From Yuukianura sp. NJ FZ-2021 (Eukaryota), in the NCBI GenBank assembly GCA_046563655.1, contig CM102290.1, positions 11,780,001 to 11,844,000 on the forward strand: a stretch of 64,000 bases of DNA, in the 5' to 3' direction. Shown in pieces: positions 37,688 to 49,900 of the stretch; within the stretch, counting starts at the first letter, position 1; every line of letters starts with the position of its first letter. The position numbers were made by a program, and so were the translations under genes. The notes beneath the pieces were generated by a model. That model ran no database searches and was not told the origin of the DNA. It worked only from the letters and a program-made list of their open reading frames with translations.

Positions 37688-37724
37688 TATAAGACACGAC
37701 ACTGCGACTCCTACCAGCTCAGTC
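37688..37724 (+). promoter_or_regulatory. TATA + Inr core promoter of the WSB1-like gene
   Basis: TATAAG at 37688 and TCAGTC (arthropod Inr TCAKTY) at 37719-37724, 33 nt apart, about 375 nt upstream of the MASF start codon. Confidence 0.6.
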
Positions 37725-38095
37725 TCTGTCTGGAAGTCATCCTAGGGAGTGCTAATCCCCACACTCTTAATTAATCCAATTCAATTTGTAATTGAATCTA
37801 CAATTTGCGTCGTCTTCTGGACACTTTCTGTACAGAACAGTGCTATTGTATGTAAATTGAGACGCTGAACGCCCAAACACCCACTAAGTGGAAAAGTACT
37901 GCACCTATTGTTGTTAACCCACCAAACCACACTTGTTTTGTAAACAAAGTTCACACTTCCACAAAAGATATCAATTGAAAGTGGACACTAATCCAGAAAC
38001 GCCGTTTCCAGCATCATTATCATCATCAATTGAAGAAACATTGTTAATCATACCACGCATACTGTTCAACTCAAGAAATCAAGTTAAAACAGTTA

Positions 38096-41000
38096 ATGGC
38101 CAGTTTCTACAGAAAAACCAGGGAAGAGATACGTAAGTTAACCCAGACAACCAAAGGCAGTCACGCCTCTTATTGTCTAATTGTGTTTTAACTATGGTTA
38201 GAGTTAGATGGTAATTGTTATTGTTATGGCGAAGAAAAAAGGCTGTTTTAGCATTCGTTTTTATGGATGGTACGTCATAGGACCAATCGTCTTAAAGGCT
38301 TCTGGGGGTGTGGTCCTGTTCTATTTCTAGCATTTCTGTTTAGAAAAAGTACTTGGGAAACCCCGAAAAGCAGTGTTATATAAGTTACCGTATACGAACA
38401 GCTATTCTACAATGTATAAGAGCAATGCACTCGAGCGATTCTATCGTAAAATCGATCCCTGGTCTCCGCCCTTTTGTTACTGTTAGAATGGATTAAAAGT
38501 GTGAAAATGTCACAGGTTCAAATATTGACTATTCTAACTTAATTTATGTGTATAAACATCCTAAGACTGTTTTAACCTTTGACATTAACTCAAATCCTGT
38601 AAAGTCCAAATAATTTTTAGATATGACGTTCCTGTAGGGCGGATTGACCTTTGACATTTTAACCTTTTGCCTTCACCCTTGATATTTTAGTAACTTACAA
38701 TTAAGCAAAATGTTAAAATGTCAAATTGAGGAGTAAAAAGCTAAAACAATGAAAGGCGTGGGTGTGTCGTCCTCAAAAATTTAGCTGCTTGCGAGTCGCA
38801 AGTTGCGACGTTAATTTGGACAAGGTCATCGTTTCCTTTGTTAAAAAAACACATTTTTTATTTATTTTTTTGCAGCTTGGGTTAATAATTTTTTAGATTC
38901 GGATTTAATTTAACTAATATCGGAAATTCAAATTGTAATGAATGAAAGTCTTGCTTATATTTTTTTTGTTGAATTGCATGAGGTTTCATATTGGTTTGCT
39001 CGACTCCCGAAGTAAAAGTTTTTACGGACCTGTACTAATTACAATAAATCCACAATTAATTGAATGTGGTTGATGGGTAAACCAGTATAACATTGATAGT
39101 GTGCCCAGTGCTCTTTTTTGTCTAATTAGTCTGGCATAAGCCACAGTCTACCGGCACTCACGATAATACACAGTTAACTGGTTTTCCTATCCTAAAGTTA
39201 GACTGGAAAGGCCCCAACCAAAAGTAAAATTCCGTTAAAAAGGTTATCCCATGATATACCGGAACCTGATCCAGAAATCTGAATCAACTTAAGAACATAA
39301 CGTTCTAATCTAACATAGCGACACTGAATGAGTTGACGTTGCATAATCTTATTGATGTCAATGGTCAAGTGACACTAAAAACTCAACGAAACGTGTGAAC
39401 GTGTCATCTTTGTTTTAAAAGTTTAGCACTTTGGAGTGTCTTAAGTCAGCATTTAACGACATTTTGCCTTACACTGTAAATATAAAGTCGAGTCTAGCAA
39501 TTTGTTCAACCGCAAATGCCGATAACGCCTTCGATTAACACATCCGGATTAACATGGCATTCCTTTGTGTAGCATGTTCAAACAATTCTATTAATTAACA
39601 TAAACTATGATTCATAGGTCATAAATTAATTGAATAGCTATTAAATTTATTGTAACTTGTTACATAAATCGCTATTATTTACTAACAGTAGACTCTTCCA
39701 TTCATGTATTTGTCAATTCCAAAAGTAAATTGAGCACACGTTTTCATCAATTGGTTCAATTCTATTGTCTGTGCTAGATACGACGTGTACGCCTGGGCTT
39801 CTATTAGATGTTTTACGGTACACGAGCAATCTCAAATGCAAATTTTGAAACGTAACTAAAAGCGTCTGCTGACATAACATAGTCAGTATACCATCAGTTT
39901 AACGTGACATTTGGCTTTTGAACAATCAAACAATAGTTGTCTGTTTGCCAATTCCAAAAAAATGGTACAAGTACACGCCAAGGAATTTTGGAAGTAAAGC
40001 ACATGGAGGAATTTGGCATTGGGAGAAGACTGGTCCAAAAATAGGCGTGGTGCCAATTGTTTTAAATCGGCGTCATGATCGTCAGCGTCATGCTCTCTCG
40101 TGCTCTTCACGGTACATAAGTAGCTTGTGGCAAGGACGATGATTTATTTAGTAACTTTTTATAAATACCGTTTCTGTTTACTCACTAAATTTAGCTTTTA
40201 AGCCGGCCTGGGCTTTTTTCTCATACTGCGCAAATAACATTATGCCTTTCCTTCTTTTCTTCTGTTTCTAGAAGTCTAGAAGTTTGCAAAAAATTTGCAA
40301 TGTTTTTTCTTGAAGAGATATATAAACCGCAAAGTAATTGAAAAGCAACGCCTCTCAATATCACGTACAGTTGTAGTCAGCTTCCGATGAAGTTCAACCA
40401 CTCCAAAGGTCAACCGCTTTATAGTAATGTCTTTCAAACTAACATTTCCAGTTGAATCACCAAGTCATTGACCTTCCATTACATTCCTACCACTAGACAT
40501 TGATACTGAATCCAGAAGGCTACTGACTGGTTGACCACTGGACAATTCAGGTTTCACAACCACACAATCAGTATAAACAAATTGATTATAATAAGCTATG
40601 TGTTCAAACAAATTGGCACTTGAAGTATATTGTACAACTGTCCAAAAATAGCGCTTAAGTAGATACTATAAATACTCAATACAAACCGTAATTAATTTAT
40701 GCCAAAATAAGTATTTGTGATTTGTCTGTCTTTTTAGAGTAACTGGAATCTTTGAGAAATATGAACCTGAATGGATTCTAATAGTCTAATGCTTATCTTA
40801 AGTCCAAATTTTGGGAACACTTTTTGTAAGCAGTATTATCGACGATGCTAGAAGCATCTTCTACGGTATCTTGTTTTTGTTGACTGATGGAACTGGAATT
40901 TGACCTTTGTTCATATGTTATTGTCCAGTTTTTGTAAGATTTAGGATACGAAGCTCCAGAGTTTGGTTGAAAGGGGATCATCTATCACTAAAAAACTTAA

Positions 41001-43169
41001 CCTATAGTTAGTATTTCCTTAAACAACCAATCCTCCAAGCGCCTTGGCTTACTTTTCGTTGAGCAATACTTGATAAGATGCTGTTCGATTCAATCAGCAT
41101 GCGCAATAGAATGTACTGGAGTCAGATAAAACCAAAGAATTTTCCATTTTTCTTCTTGGAATGTCATTTCCAGTGGAAGAATTTACTAAATTCCGTTTTT
41201 ATTTTAATTTTTCAGTTCCCGCCAAAAAAATCGAAGAGCTGCGTCCCAACATTCCAGAAGATGCTGTTCTACAGGATCAAGAGGTGAAGCTAACGCGTGG
41301 ATTCTGTGGTCACGTCTACTTCGCTCCGGATGAATCCTACTTTGCCTGGATTGCTAGTCCCAAGCAAGTGATCTTGGTCCCATGGAACAAGAAGCAGAAT
41401 TCAGCGTAAGTGACCTTGAGGTCAAGAGGTCAACTAGTACTGTCAGTCTCCAATCACGTGCTGAGGGCATTCATACTTACTTATGTTAACCTTTATCGTA
41501 TGTGTCAACATGTTTCGTCAGTTGTGACAAAGTGACATAACCAGATTTGTACAAAGTTAACACGAGTAGGAGTGTCAAGTTCATGTGACAACTATTTGAT
41601 ATCTTTGTCAAAATACAGAGACACTCATGTTGTGAAAGTATGAATGACCTTGTACGCCGTGCGGTATTCTCAACTCACTTCTCACTTTGAAAATATAAAC
41701 AGCGTTTTTGTTTGCTGTTCCAGGCACCTTCCAGCCTCAAATCTCTCTCCAGCTGGAACTGACATCAAGGAACTTCAGCGCGCAACGCTGGCAACGACTG
41801 ACGGTGAAGCCCGACCTTGGATTCCCATTGAATGTGGCTTCCCAATCCTCTCTTTGGCTTTTGGCAGTGGAGCGTCCCAGTTTTCAAATAGAAGTGCTCA
41901 GCAGCCCAAGCGATTTAAGCCTCACTGGACCCGATTCGACTTCCGGAACGAAATTGTATTGGCTACTGGTCACACCAATGGCAGAATCCGAATTTGGAGC
42001 ATCCGAACTGGAACACTGCTGCTGGAACTGATTGGACACAAGATGGGCGTTCGGGATCTTTCGTTTGCTCTCGACGGTTCTCTGCGTCTCATCTCTGCTT
42101 CGCTGGACAAAACGCTCATTGTACGCCTAAACTTATTCGATTCAGAATTTGATATAAATTAATATAATTCATAATTAATTGATTAATATAATTAATTTAA
42201 TGTTAACATTTTAATTTTAGGGTTGGGACTTGCACGATGACGGCAGCATGTTCAATACATTCAATGCTCATACAAACGCTGTCGTTTGTTGTTGCTGGTC
42301 GCCCAATGGGAAACTCATGGCTTCTGCTGGAGCCGATAAGACTGTAAGTTGACTTTGATACAAAAAAGTGCACTGGATTGCTACAGTAATCAAGAATTAG
42401 TTGAGTGTTAATTAACTAATCATGATTATAGGCTATCATCTGGGACATGGTTGAGTACAAAGTTGTTAGACGCCTGGAAGGTCACTTGCACGAAGTCGTC
42501 AGTTGCTCATTTAGTCCGGACGGTGGTGTACTGGCCACGGCTTCATGGGATTCGCAAGTGATTCTGTGGGATCCTTACGTCGGAACGAAATTGCGATCTC
42601 TGTTTCATCTTCATCCACCACCGAACATGATCTATGCATCAGGAGCCAACAGTGCTTGGGTTCGTGGTGTTTCCTTTGCTCGGAATGGACTCAATATTGC
42701 TACAGTCTCTGACGACCAGTAATCACAAATTCAAATTCTGTTTTTCGTTGTTACAAGTTTACTACCCAACCCACTGCGAATCTAAATTCACGCTAATCAC
42801 TGACTTTTTGTTTCCAGCTTTGTCCGCTTTTGGAACTTGGGAGGTGACATTGACCCTGAAGGAATTGCGACTGAAGATGAAGAAGCTCAGAGCTGCTGCT
42901 ACTCTCCCTCTGGAAGATGCTTGGCTGTTGGGTATGTCGTTTACCATTTTACATAATTTTATTACAGCTATTTAGAGGTTAATAACTTTTTTTTACTCCG
43001 TAGAACTTCTACATTCAAAGTGAGCTTCTACACTACGCCGGCAGTCATTCCCAGCCTGTGTCACTTGGCTCGTATGGCCATTCGCCGTGCCGTGACTACT
43101 CCAGAGGTCAACAATCTTGAAATCCCAAGGTCACTCAAGTCATATCTCAAGTACGAGTCATGGGAGTGA
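38096..43169 (+). CDS. WSB1: WD repeat and SOCS box-containing protein (WSB1-like), ~437 aa, 7 exons
   Basis: Exons 38096-38132 (MASFYRKTREEI), 41216-41405, 41724-42120, 42221-42343, 42432-42718, 42818-42931, 43004-43169, phase-consistent. FAPDESYFAW..VILVPW, SLAFGS, LATGHTNGRIRIW, VRDLSFA.DGSL.LISASLDKTL, LEGHLHEVVSCSFSPDG..LATASWD, HLHPPP, SOCS box PSLCHLARMAIRR...IPRSLKSYL. AATAAA at 43485. Confidence 0.94.
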
Positions 43170-43817
43170 AGGTCAAGAAGATGAGAAACTGAAGTGTCGC
43201 CATGCCGGGCGACGCATTTTTTGTGGCTCCTAGTCAGCAGCCTTGAATCTTCCAAGTTCATTTCAGAAAATGATCAATTTTTCAAAAAACTGTCAAGGTC
43301 GTTTTTCAAAATGACTGGAATTGAATAGCATATATGAAAATTGTCTATTTTTCTTGTTGATGAATTGTACTTTACTAAGAAATGTTTTTAGTTAGTCTTT
43401 AGTCTTAGGTAATAGTTGTTCGATAAGTTTTTTTTAACTATGTTATTAACCTCACAGTTGGCTCACTCATCTCAACTTATAGCAAATAAATCAACTGAGC
43501 TTGTCGTCATGAAGGTCACAAGGTCAAATGAAGTTTTTATGTAACTGAAGATTAGGTAAAAGAAACATTGACTCATGCAAATCACATGACACCGCAAGAA
43601 GATGCTTCAACTGTCAGCACATGCAGTTTTATTTTGACTCACGATCAATGTATGGTAAAATGTAAAGTTGGTAAAATTGAGTTTTAGTTAAGGTGAGTAA
43701 GGTTAAGACTAATTATATTGCCGGCGGTTAAGTTACATGTAAAAATTGGAAACGGTGGAGCTTGAAGCTTGAGTTTAAGCAAATTTTCTGCTACTGGAGA
43801 TCATTGACCTGTTGAAC

Positions 43818-44469
43818 TTAAGGGTAATACGGTCGCTGGAGTCCATACTGGAACGGAGACCACATTCCTACAAAAATGGGATAGAAAATTTTCAAAAATT
43901 CAAAATTTTGAAATTTTTTGAAAAAAAAAGTATGTATAGTTCTAACCTGGAAAGTGTGGCTGGAGTACGTGATGTGGGATTTGGCCATTGAAGCGAGTGA
44001 CGGTAATGACGCTGCCGTCTGGATGTCGCGTTTCGGTTGTCACTGCTTCTCCAGTGGCATGCGGAAGTGTGGCCAGCGGATCAGCGATTGGAGTTCGGGC
44101 TGGAAGGGCATTCGGAGTTGGCGGTGGGGCGGCTCCACCTTGTGTAAGTGGTGGGGCATTCTTAGTATCCGGCAGCACAGCAGCAGCTCCACCATCCAAT
44201 GGAGGTACAACTGGAGCAGCAGCAGCGTCTTCTGCATGAGACAACGAAGCCACCAACGCCAAAACCAAAACTCCCAAAGCGATTTGCGATTTCTAAAATT
44301 AAAAAAAAACAAGCTGATCAGAAGTACTTTGAAAAAGCGTTTTTGCAAAAGAAAATTTCAAAATTTTAAAAACAGGTTTTGAAGTTTTCATAAAACCGAA
44401 ACTGTTATTCGTTTTTTTTATAAATTAACTTCTTATGTTTTGTAAACTAACCTGGATTGACCTTGCCAT
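43818..44469 (-). CDS. Small secreted Pro/Ala-rich low-complexity protein, cuticle-protein-like, 137 aa, 3 exons
   Basis: Minus exons 44452-44469 (MARSIQ), 43947-44292, 43818-43867, phase-consistent. Signal peptide IALGVLVLALVASLSHA|EDAAAAPVVPP, AAP motifs, C-terminal WSPFQYGLQRPYYP. Minus-strand Inr TCAGTC at 44592-44597, TTTAAAA upstream, minus-strand AATAAA at 43628-43633. Confidence 0.8.
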
Positions 44470-46948
44470 TATTTTTCCGTTTCACAGTGATCTTGCAAAA
44501 TAAGTCGAAGGTCAAAAGTTCAAAAAGTTGAAAAACGAATTTTAACCAAACAAATGCTGCTGACTTGTTACTTTGCCGTGTCACGGAATCCGACTGAGCC
44601 CAAGGTTGTACTGGAAGGAGCTCTTTTAAAGGCATAAAACACCCAGAGGTCATGAAGGTCACACTATGAAATGAAATAAGCAAATTGACACAAGTCGTTT
44701 CCGATTGGTCCAATTTGTGAATGCTACTTTGTTATGTTCAGGTGAAGCATGAAATTAGTAGGGGAAGGCCCTTGTTACTTGTGGCATGTAAAAGTTTTCC
44801 AAGAAAAGAACGTTTTTCCATAGTTATTTTTATTTCACTTTTTTAGCATTTTGTGAAGTTTTTCTACTTGGACTTCTTCCTCAGTTTGACTTTTTTTCTT
44901 ACGTTTATGTTTTTTGAATAGAAAATTTTGAATAGATTTTCCATAGAAAATCAGCATCTTTTTTGTGTAAGAAAAAGTAAATAATTTAGCCTTTGTAAAG
45001 CAATTTGTATTTGAATACAAATTGAAAATGAATCTGATTCAAATCTAAGTTCTATTCAGACTTGAATTTTGTTTATTGTACGGTAAGGAACTACATAAAC
45101 TTGTTGATAACTTTTAGAAAAATTGACAAATTTAATTGTAGAAATTAATTTTTGCCATCATTGACTGGTTCAGTATAATCGAGCATCGACCTTCCTTTTT
45201 TCATTTGTTTTTCATAACTTTTCATTGTTCAAATTCCAAATTTTTCGACATTTTCGTTGTTTTTTTTTTCTTTTGTAGATATATGGAACAGAGGAAGAAA
45301 TGTTTTAATAGAAGAAAGTCAAAATTTAACTTCATTCATTTAGGTTTCTAGCTTCTTCGCATGAGCTCTTACAAGATCGCTGAAATGAAATCAAAGTGAC
45401 CTATGACCCCGCAATTTTGCAGTCAACGAATCATTCTATTTTAGGAATAAAGAAAAAAAACTTTACAATTTGCTGTGTTTTCTTGTTGAATTTTTTTTTT
45501 CGAAATACTAGTTTATTACAGCTAAGGCAAAAGTTAAGTTCGTTTCTTGTTTTATGATTAGAGGCGTTTGGCGTTTTTTTTTTCAAATCCCGGTTTACTC
45601 CGATTTTGAGTTTGCCACTTCGCAAATGCTGGTATTTGTCCTTACGACTTTAAATTTACGACGGACAATTCTAAATTTACGGCTCGCGTCTTACGACTTA
45701 TGACTCATGATGTACAATTCCTCAGGGCTAACATAAAGGATGTCCAAATCTAGCCAATGAAATAAGCAACTTCGGAGAAAAAACATTTTTTTTTGGAAAA
45801 TGGTTGAAAATTGTTTGAAAAAAGTAGGAGGAAAGAACTTTTGTTTCTAAAAGTTAGCTTTTAGTTAAGTTGTACTGAATAGAATAATTCTCATCATAAT
45901 TAGCATAGCTTAGGCTGGACGGGTTCGGTTAATCGGTTCCACCTTTCAGGTTTAGCTGGATTAGAGAAGTCGTTAACTCCGGCATTCAATTCGCAACTTA
46001 ATTAGAAATTTCACTACTTTTTTAGAAAAAGGATTTCGTTTTGAAAATTGTGTGGTTTAACAGGAGAGAGAAAGCTCTGTTGGTTAGACGAGTATATATT
46101 TTGTGTTAGTGGTGGAAATGGAGAAAGTGGTTGATTCTAATGACGTTGGGTTGCTACACAAAAAACCACGCTCACTTTCAAATTAGGCTCCAAAATGTCG
46201 TTAGCAGCTTTTCAGGAGGAGTAGCCATTTTGCATTTTGTGGGTTTCTAAGTTAGGTTAGACTCCTAGCTGTTAGAGTCAATGACAGTGGAAAGGATAGA
46301 GACGAAACAGAGAAGTTCACTTTAATCCAATTTATACTTCTAGTCTTAATTTAGCCTCAGGAAATGAGTCCAGGCTTGGTTTTACTCAATTTCAAAATGG
46401 CCGCCAAACTTTTCATTCACAATTCCCAAAATTTTTAGGTTAAAAATCTTGATTGATTTGAAGACGATCATTCCTCCTGGACATAAATTTGTCAGTTGGA
46501 GTTCCGTGAGTGTGGAGGTCAAAGGTCACGTGACATAGAGTAGACTTAGGCTAGGTTAGCATGGTGACTCACTCTAGTGAATGTCATAAACTCGATACGA
46601 CAAAAGAAGCGGGAGGTTTTGAAAACCTAAAATAATGGAAACTATTCGTATTGTCTTTCGAAGAAAGATTCAAAAACCTAAAAAAAATCATCCACAAGGT
46701 ATTTCAAGTTTCAACGCAAGCGCAGATCCGTAAAATCCGAAAATCCCGCCACTCTTCAAAGCCACTATTTTCGCTTTCACTGTCATTCCACATTTGGGGA
46801 AAGTCCTGGATGGACGTCAAGGTGTCTGGATTGCTCAAAGTCTAGCAATCTCTGGACAATATCTTTTGGACAATAGGATTCTGGTGGCAATGAAGTTTAT
46901 ATTGGTGACCTTGACCTTTGACCTCTAAACTAAACCTAATTTGGGCAA

Positions 46949-49900
46949 ATGGGCCTAGAGAAAGGGCGAAAGTCAAAGTGTACCCCAGCAAAGGTCAAGA
47001 ACTGTTGTAAGACATTCCTAGTCCACCTCTTTTCGCATGTAGGACTGTGTGTTTTGGTGGTGGGCTACGCAGTGGCTGGCGGTTTAATTTTTAGAAAATT
47101 AGAACACAAGTCGGAAGCTGATTGGAAGTTGGCAGCGGACGAAGCGGATGCAGCACTCAACGAAACAAGGCGACAACATGTCTCTAACCTATGGCACATT
47201 ACAGGTAACTATCCAGTAAAAACATTTTTCAATTTTGCAATTTTCTTGAATCGCTAATTTTTTGAAATTGAAAAAAAAAATGAAGATTTCTTCGATTAGT
47301 GGCTATAAACTGGTGAAAACTTATCAGAAACGTGGAATTGTTTGTCAGAAAGTTTTACTTTTAAGACAGTTTGAATCTGCAGTTCATTTTCAGCAGTGCT
47401 TTTTAAATTATTGTTGTTCAGAACAAATTTTCAACAAAAACGTCACACAAGTTTTCAATTAGTTTTTGGAATTGTAAAATTCGAATAACGGAATCATTCA
47501 TGACAGTAATCCGATTAATGTAATCAGATTACTCTGATCTCGCGAAAATAAATTTAACCTAAACTTAATAGTTTCAAAGTCAATTTTACACCTTGGTTTT
47601 TGATTTTTCGAAACCATTTTCAAAAAAGTTCAATCTCTTTCTTTCTTTTTTTTAAAAATGGGTTTATTTTCAGAGAATTTTTTTCATTTTTGTGACCATC
47701 AACAAATGAGGTTATGCAGTTTTACAAAAAAAAAATGAGAGAAAGGAGCTGACAATGGCTTTCTAGTTGTGGAAATTTTGAATACCATTTCGAAAAAATT
47801 CGGAAAGTGAAAGTTTTTACTTTTTTGGAACTCCAAAATAGAAAGTGTAATTTGGAATTTTCGCGCCCCAGCATGCCCTCCCCCACATCGTTCCCTTTCA
47901 GACGCCCATGTGATTGGCTAATACTTTTGAATTTGATTGATCCTTGTGATTGATGCAGTTGAAAAAAAATGCGAGTTTTTTTTATGAGAATTGAGTAGAA
48001 AGAGAGAAGGCGGGAAGTCAAATGTGTTTGAATTTTGAATGATGATGATTTTTATAGGGGCGCGAAATAGGGCCGTCTTTGGCGTGTAATTTGAAATTTC
48101 GGAATTCCTCGATCTTGTCCCCTCCTTATTTCTGTCATCATCAGAGCCTCTCTCCAGCACTTTCTCCGTCTTCAAAAAAAAAAAACTTATCCGCCGCCAC
48201 CTTGTGCCTTTTCCTTTGAAATTTCAAGAAAAAAAACGCGTTTTTTTCCCTCCGAATTCAAATTCTGTTCCTTTTCCTTCTCCTTTCCAGTCCGTTGCAG
48301 ACTTTTAAGATTTATTTTCTCCTCCTCTCCTCAGTATTTTTTGTTAAGAAGAAAGTGAGGCTGAAGAGGTGGAATCAATGGGGGAACTTATTAATAAGGC
48401 CCCACTTCCACCCGCCCCCTTCAACTCTTCAACCAATTTCTAAAGTGACTTCAAAATTCAAACTAATCCCGCTTTCTTTTTTAACTCCATGAAGACGCTC
48501 AATGTCCTTAAAAGTCTCTCGAATGTTTGTCTTTCGATCATCCTATAGTCAGCTCACTTTCAATCTTTTCTCGTCACACTTTTTGTCACATTTCAAAAAA
48601 ATCTACTTTTTCACACTTTTAATCGATTAATACAAATGACAAAAGTAATACAGAATTCTTGCTATAAATCAAGTTTTATCATAGCAGCCTAATTCATAAG
48701 AGCGAAGGCTACTTAATGCGTTTAAGCCAAGCATGTCCGTCTGTACGTCTGACTCCAATTACTTTTAGAACAATCAAGCCTTAGCTCAATCAATGAAATT
48801 TAAAAAAAAAAAAAAAGTTTTTTTTTGCTGTGAATTTACGGCTCAATCGAAAATGATGATCTAAATGTGCATTACACAAAATTTGAAAAATATTAACCAG
48901 ACAAACACAAAAAAAAAATAGGTGAGGTTTTGATAAAATAAAAATCATCTGATCAGTTTTTTTTCCTTATACAATTGGCGCTGCCGTCAGGAGGCAGTTA
49001 CAAAGATGCTAGTTCTGTTTTTGAGAATGGGGCAATACTATATCATAGGAAAGCGATACTAATCGACAAAAAGTAATTTAAATCACAAAATGTGCGTGTC
49101 TGTTGAAAAGGGAGGTCCCTGGAAGTCGTTGGGTCATAATTAATCAATTCCTGATAAGTCGTGTTCATCCGAAAGTGATCTTGCCCTCAACTGGTGGGGC
49201 TGAAATGAAGGCGGTTGTGGATTTGCATCCTCCAAACTTTCTTTAAAGGCAGAAGACGAACTACGTTAGGTTAGAGAGAAATTTGAAAGGGAGCGGAAAG
49301 CTTTCACGAACTTTCACTGTGCGCAAATAACTTTTCCTTTCACTTCCCCCTCTCCCTTAACTCAACCTAACAACCTAACCTTAAAAAAATCCTAAAAGCT
49401 CCTTTGGAAGCGACAGGGAATGACTGACAGGTCATGCCTGTATAATCCCATCTAAGTTCCAACAGAAACTTTTTCCAGTTTAACCTAACCCACAGTAAAA
49501 ATGACATGGTAGGACTCTAATTGAGTCACAACCGCAACATTTGAAACGACGACAAGTCAAACAAGGGCAGGAAACAGAAAAAGTCTCCTTTCCCTTTGAA
49601 CGCAGTAGAGAATCTGTTCAGAGTAAAAGTGAAAGCGATTCCAACTGTCACATTGCTTTACTTTAGTTCTTTACATCGCGGTTGGCGGGAGATTTTCAAA
49701 TTCGAAATTTCCCGCCTGCCTGTCAGAAACAATTTCAGAAGAAAAAAACGGAAGTTATGCTTTCATGGTCCTTTCATCTCCTTAGCTTATGAAGTTTACT
49801 CGATTTGGAGGAACGTGAAACGATTTCGTTTTTGAAGGCAAAGAAATTTTTCCTAGTCATTTTGGGGCAAAGTGAGACATTTGAAATTCAACCAATGGTG

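Noticed and set aside
40075..41215. Alternative WSB1 start codons at 40075 (MIVSVML) and 41161 (MSFPVEE)
   Set aside because: Exon 38096-38132 gives the family-typical MASF start, a GTAAGT donor, correct phase and an upstream TATA/Inr. The 41161 frame runs through a polypyrimidine tract.
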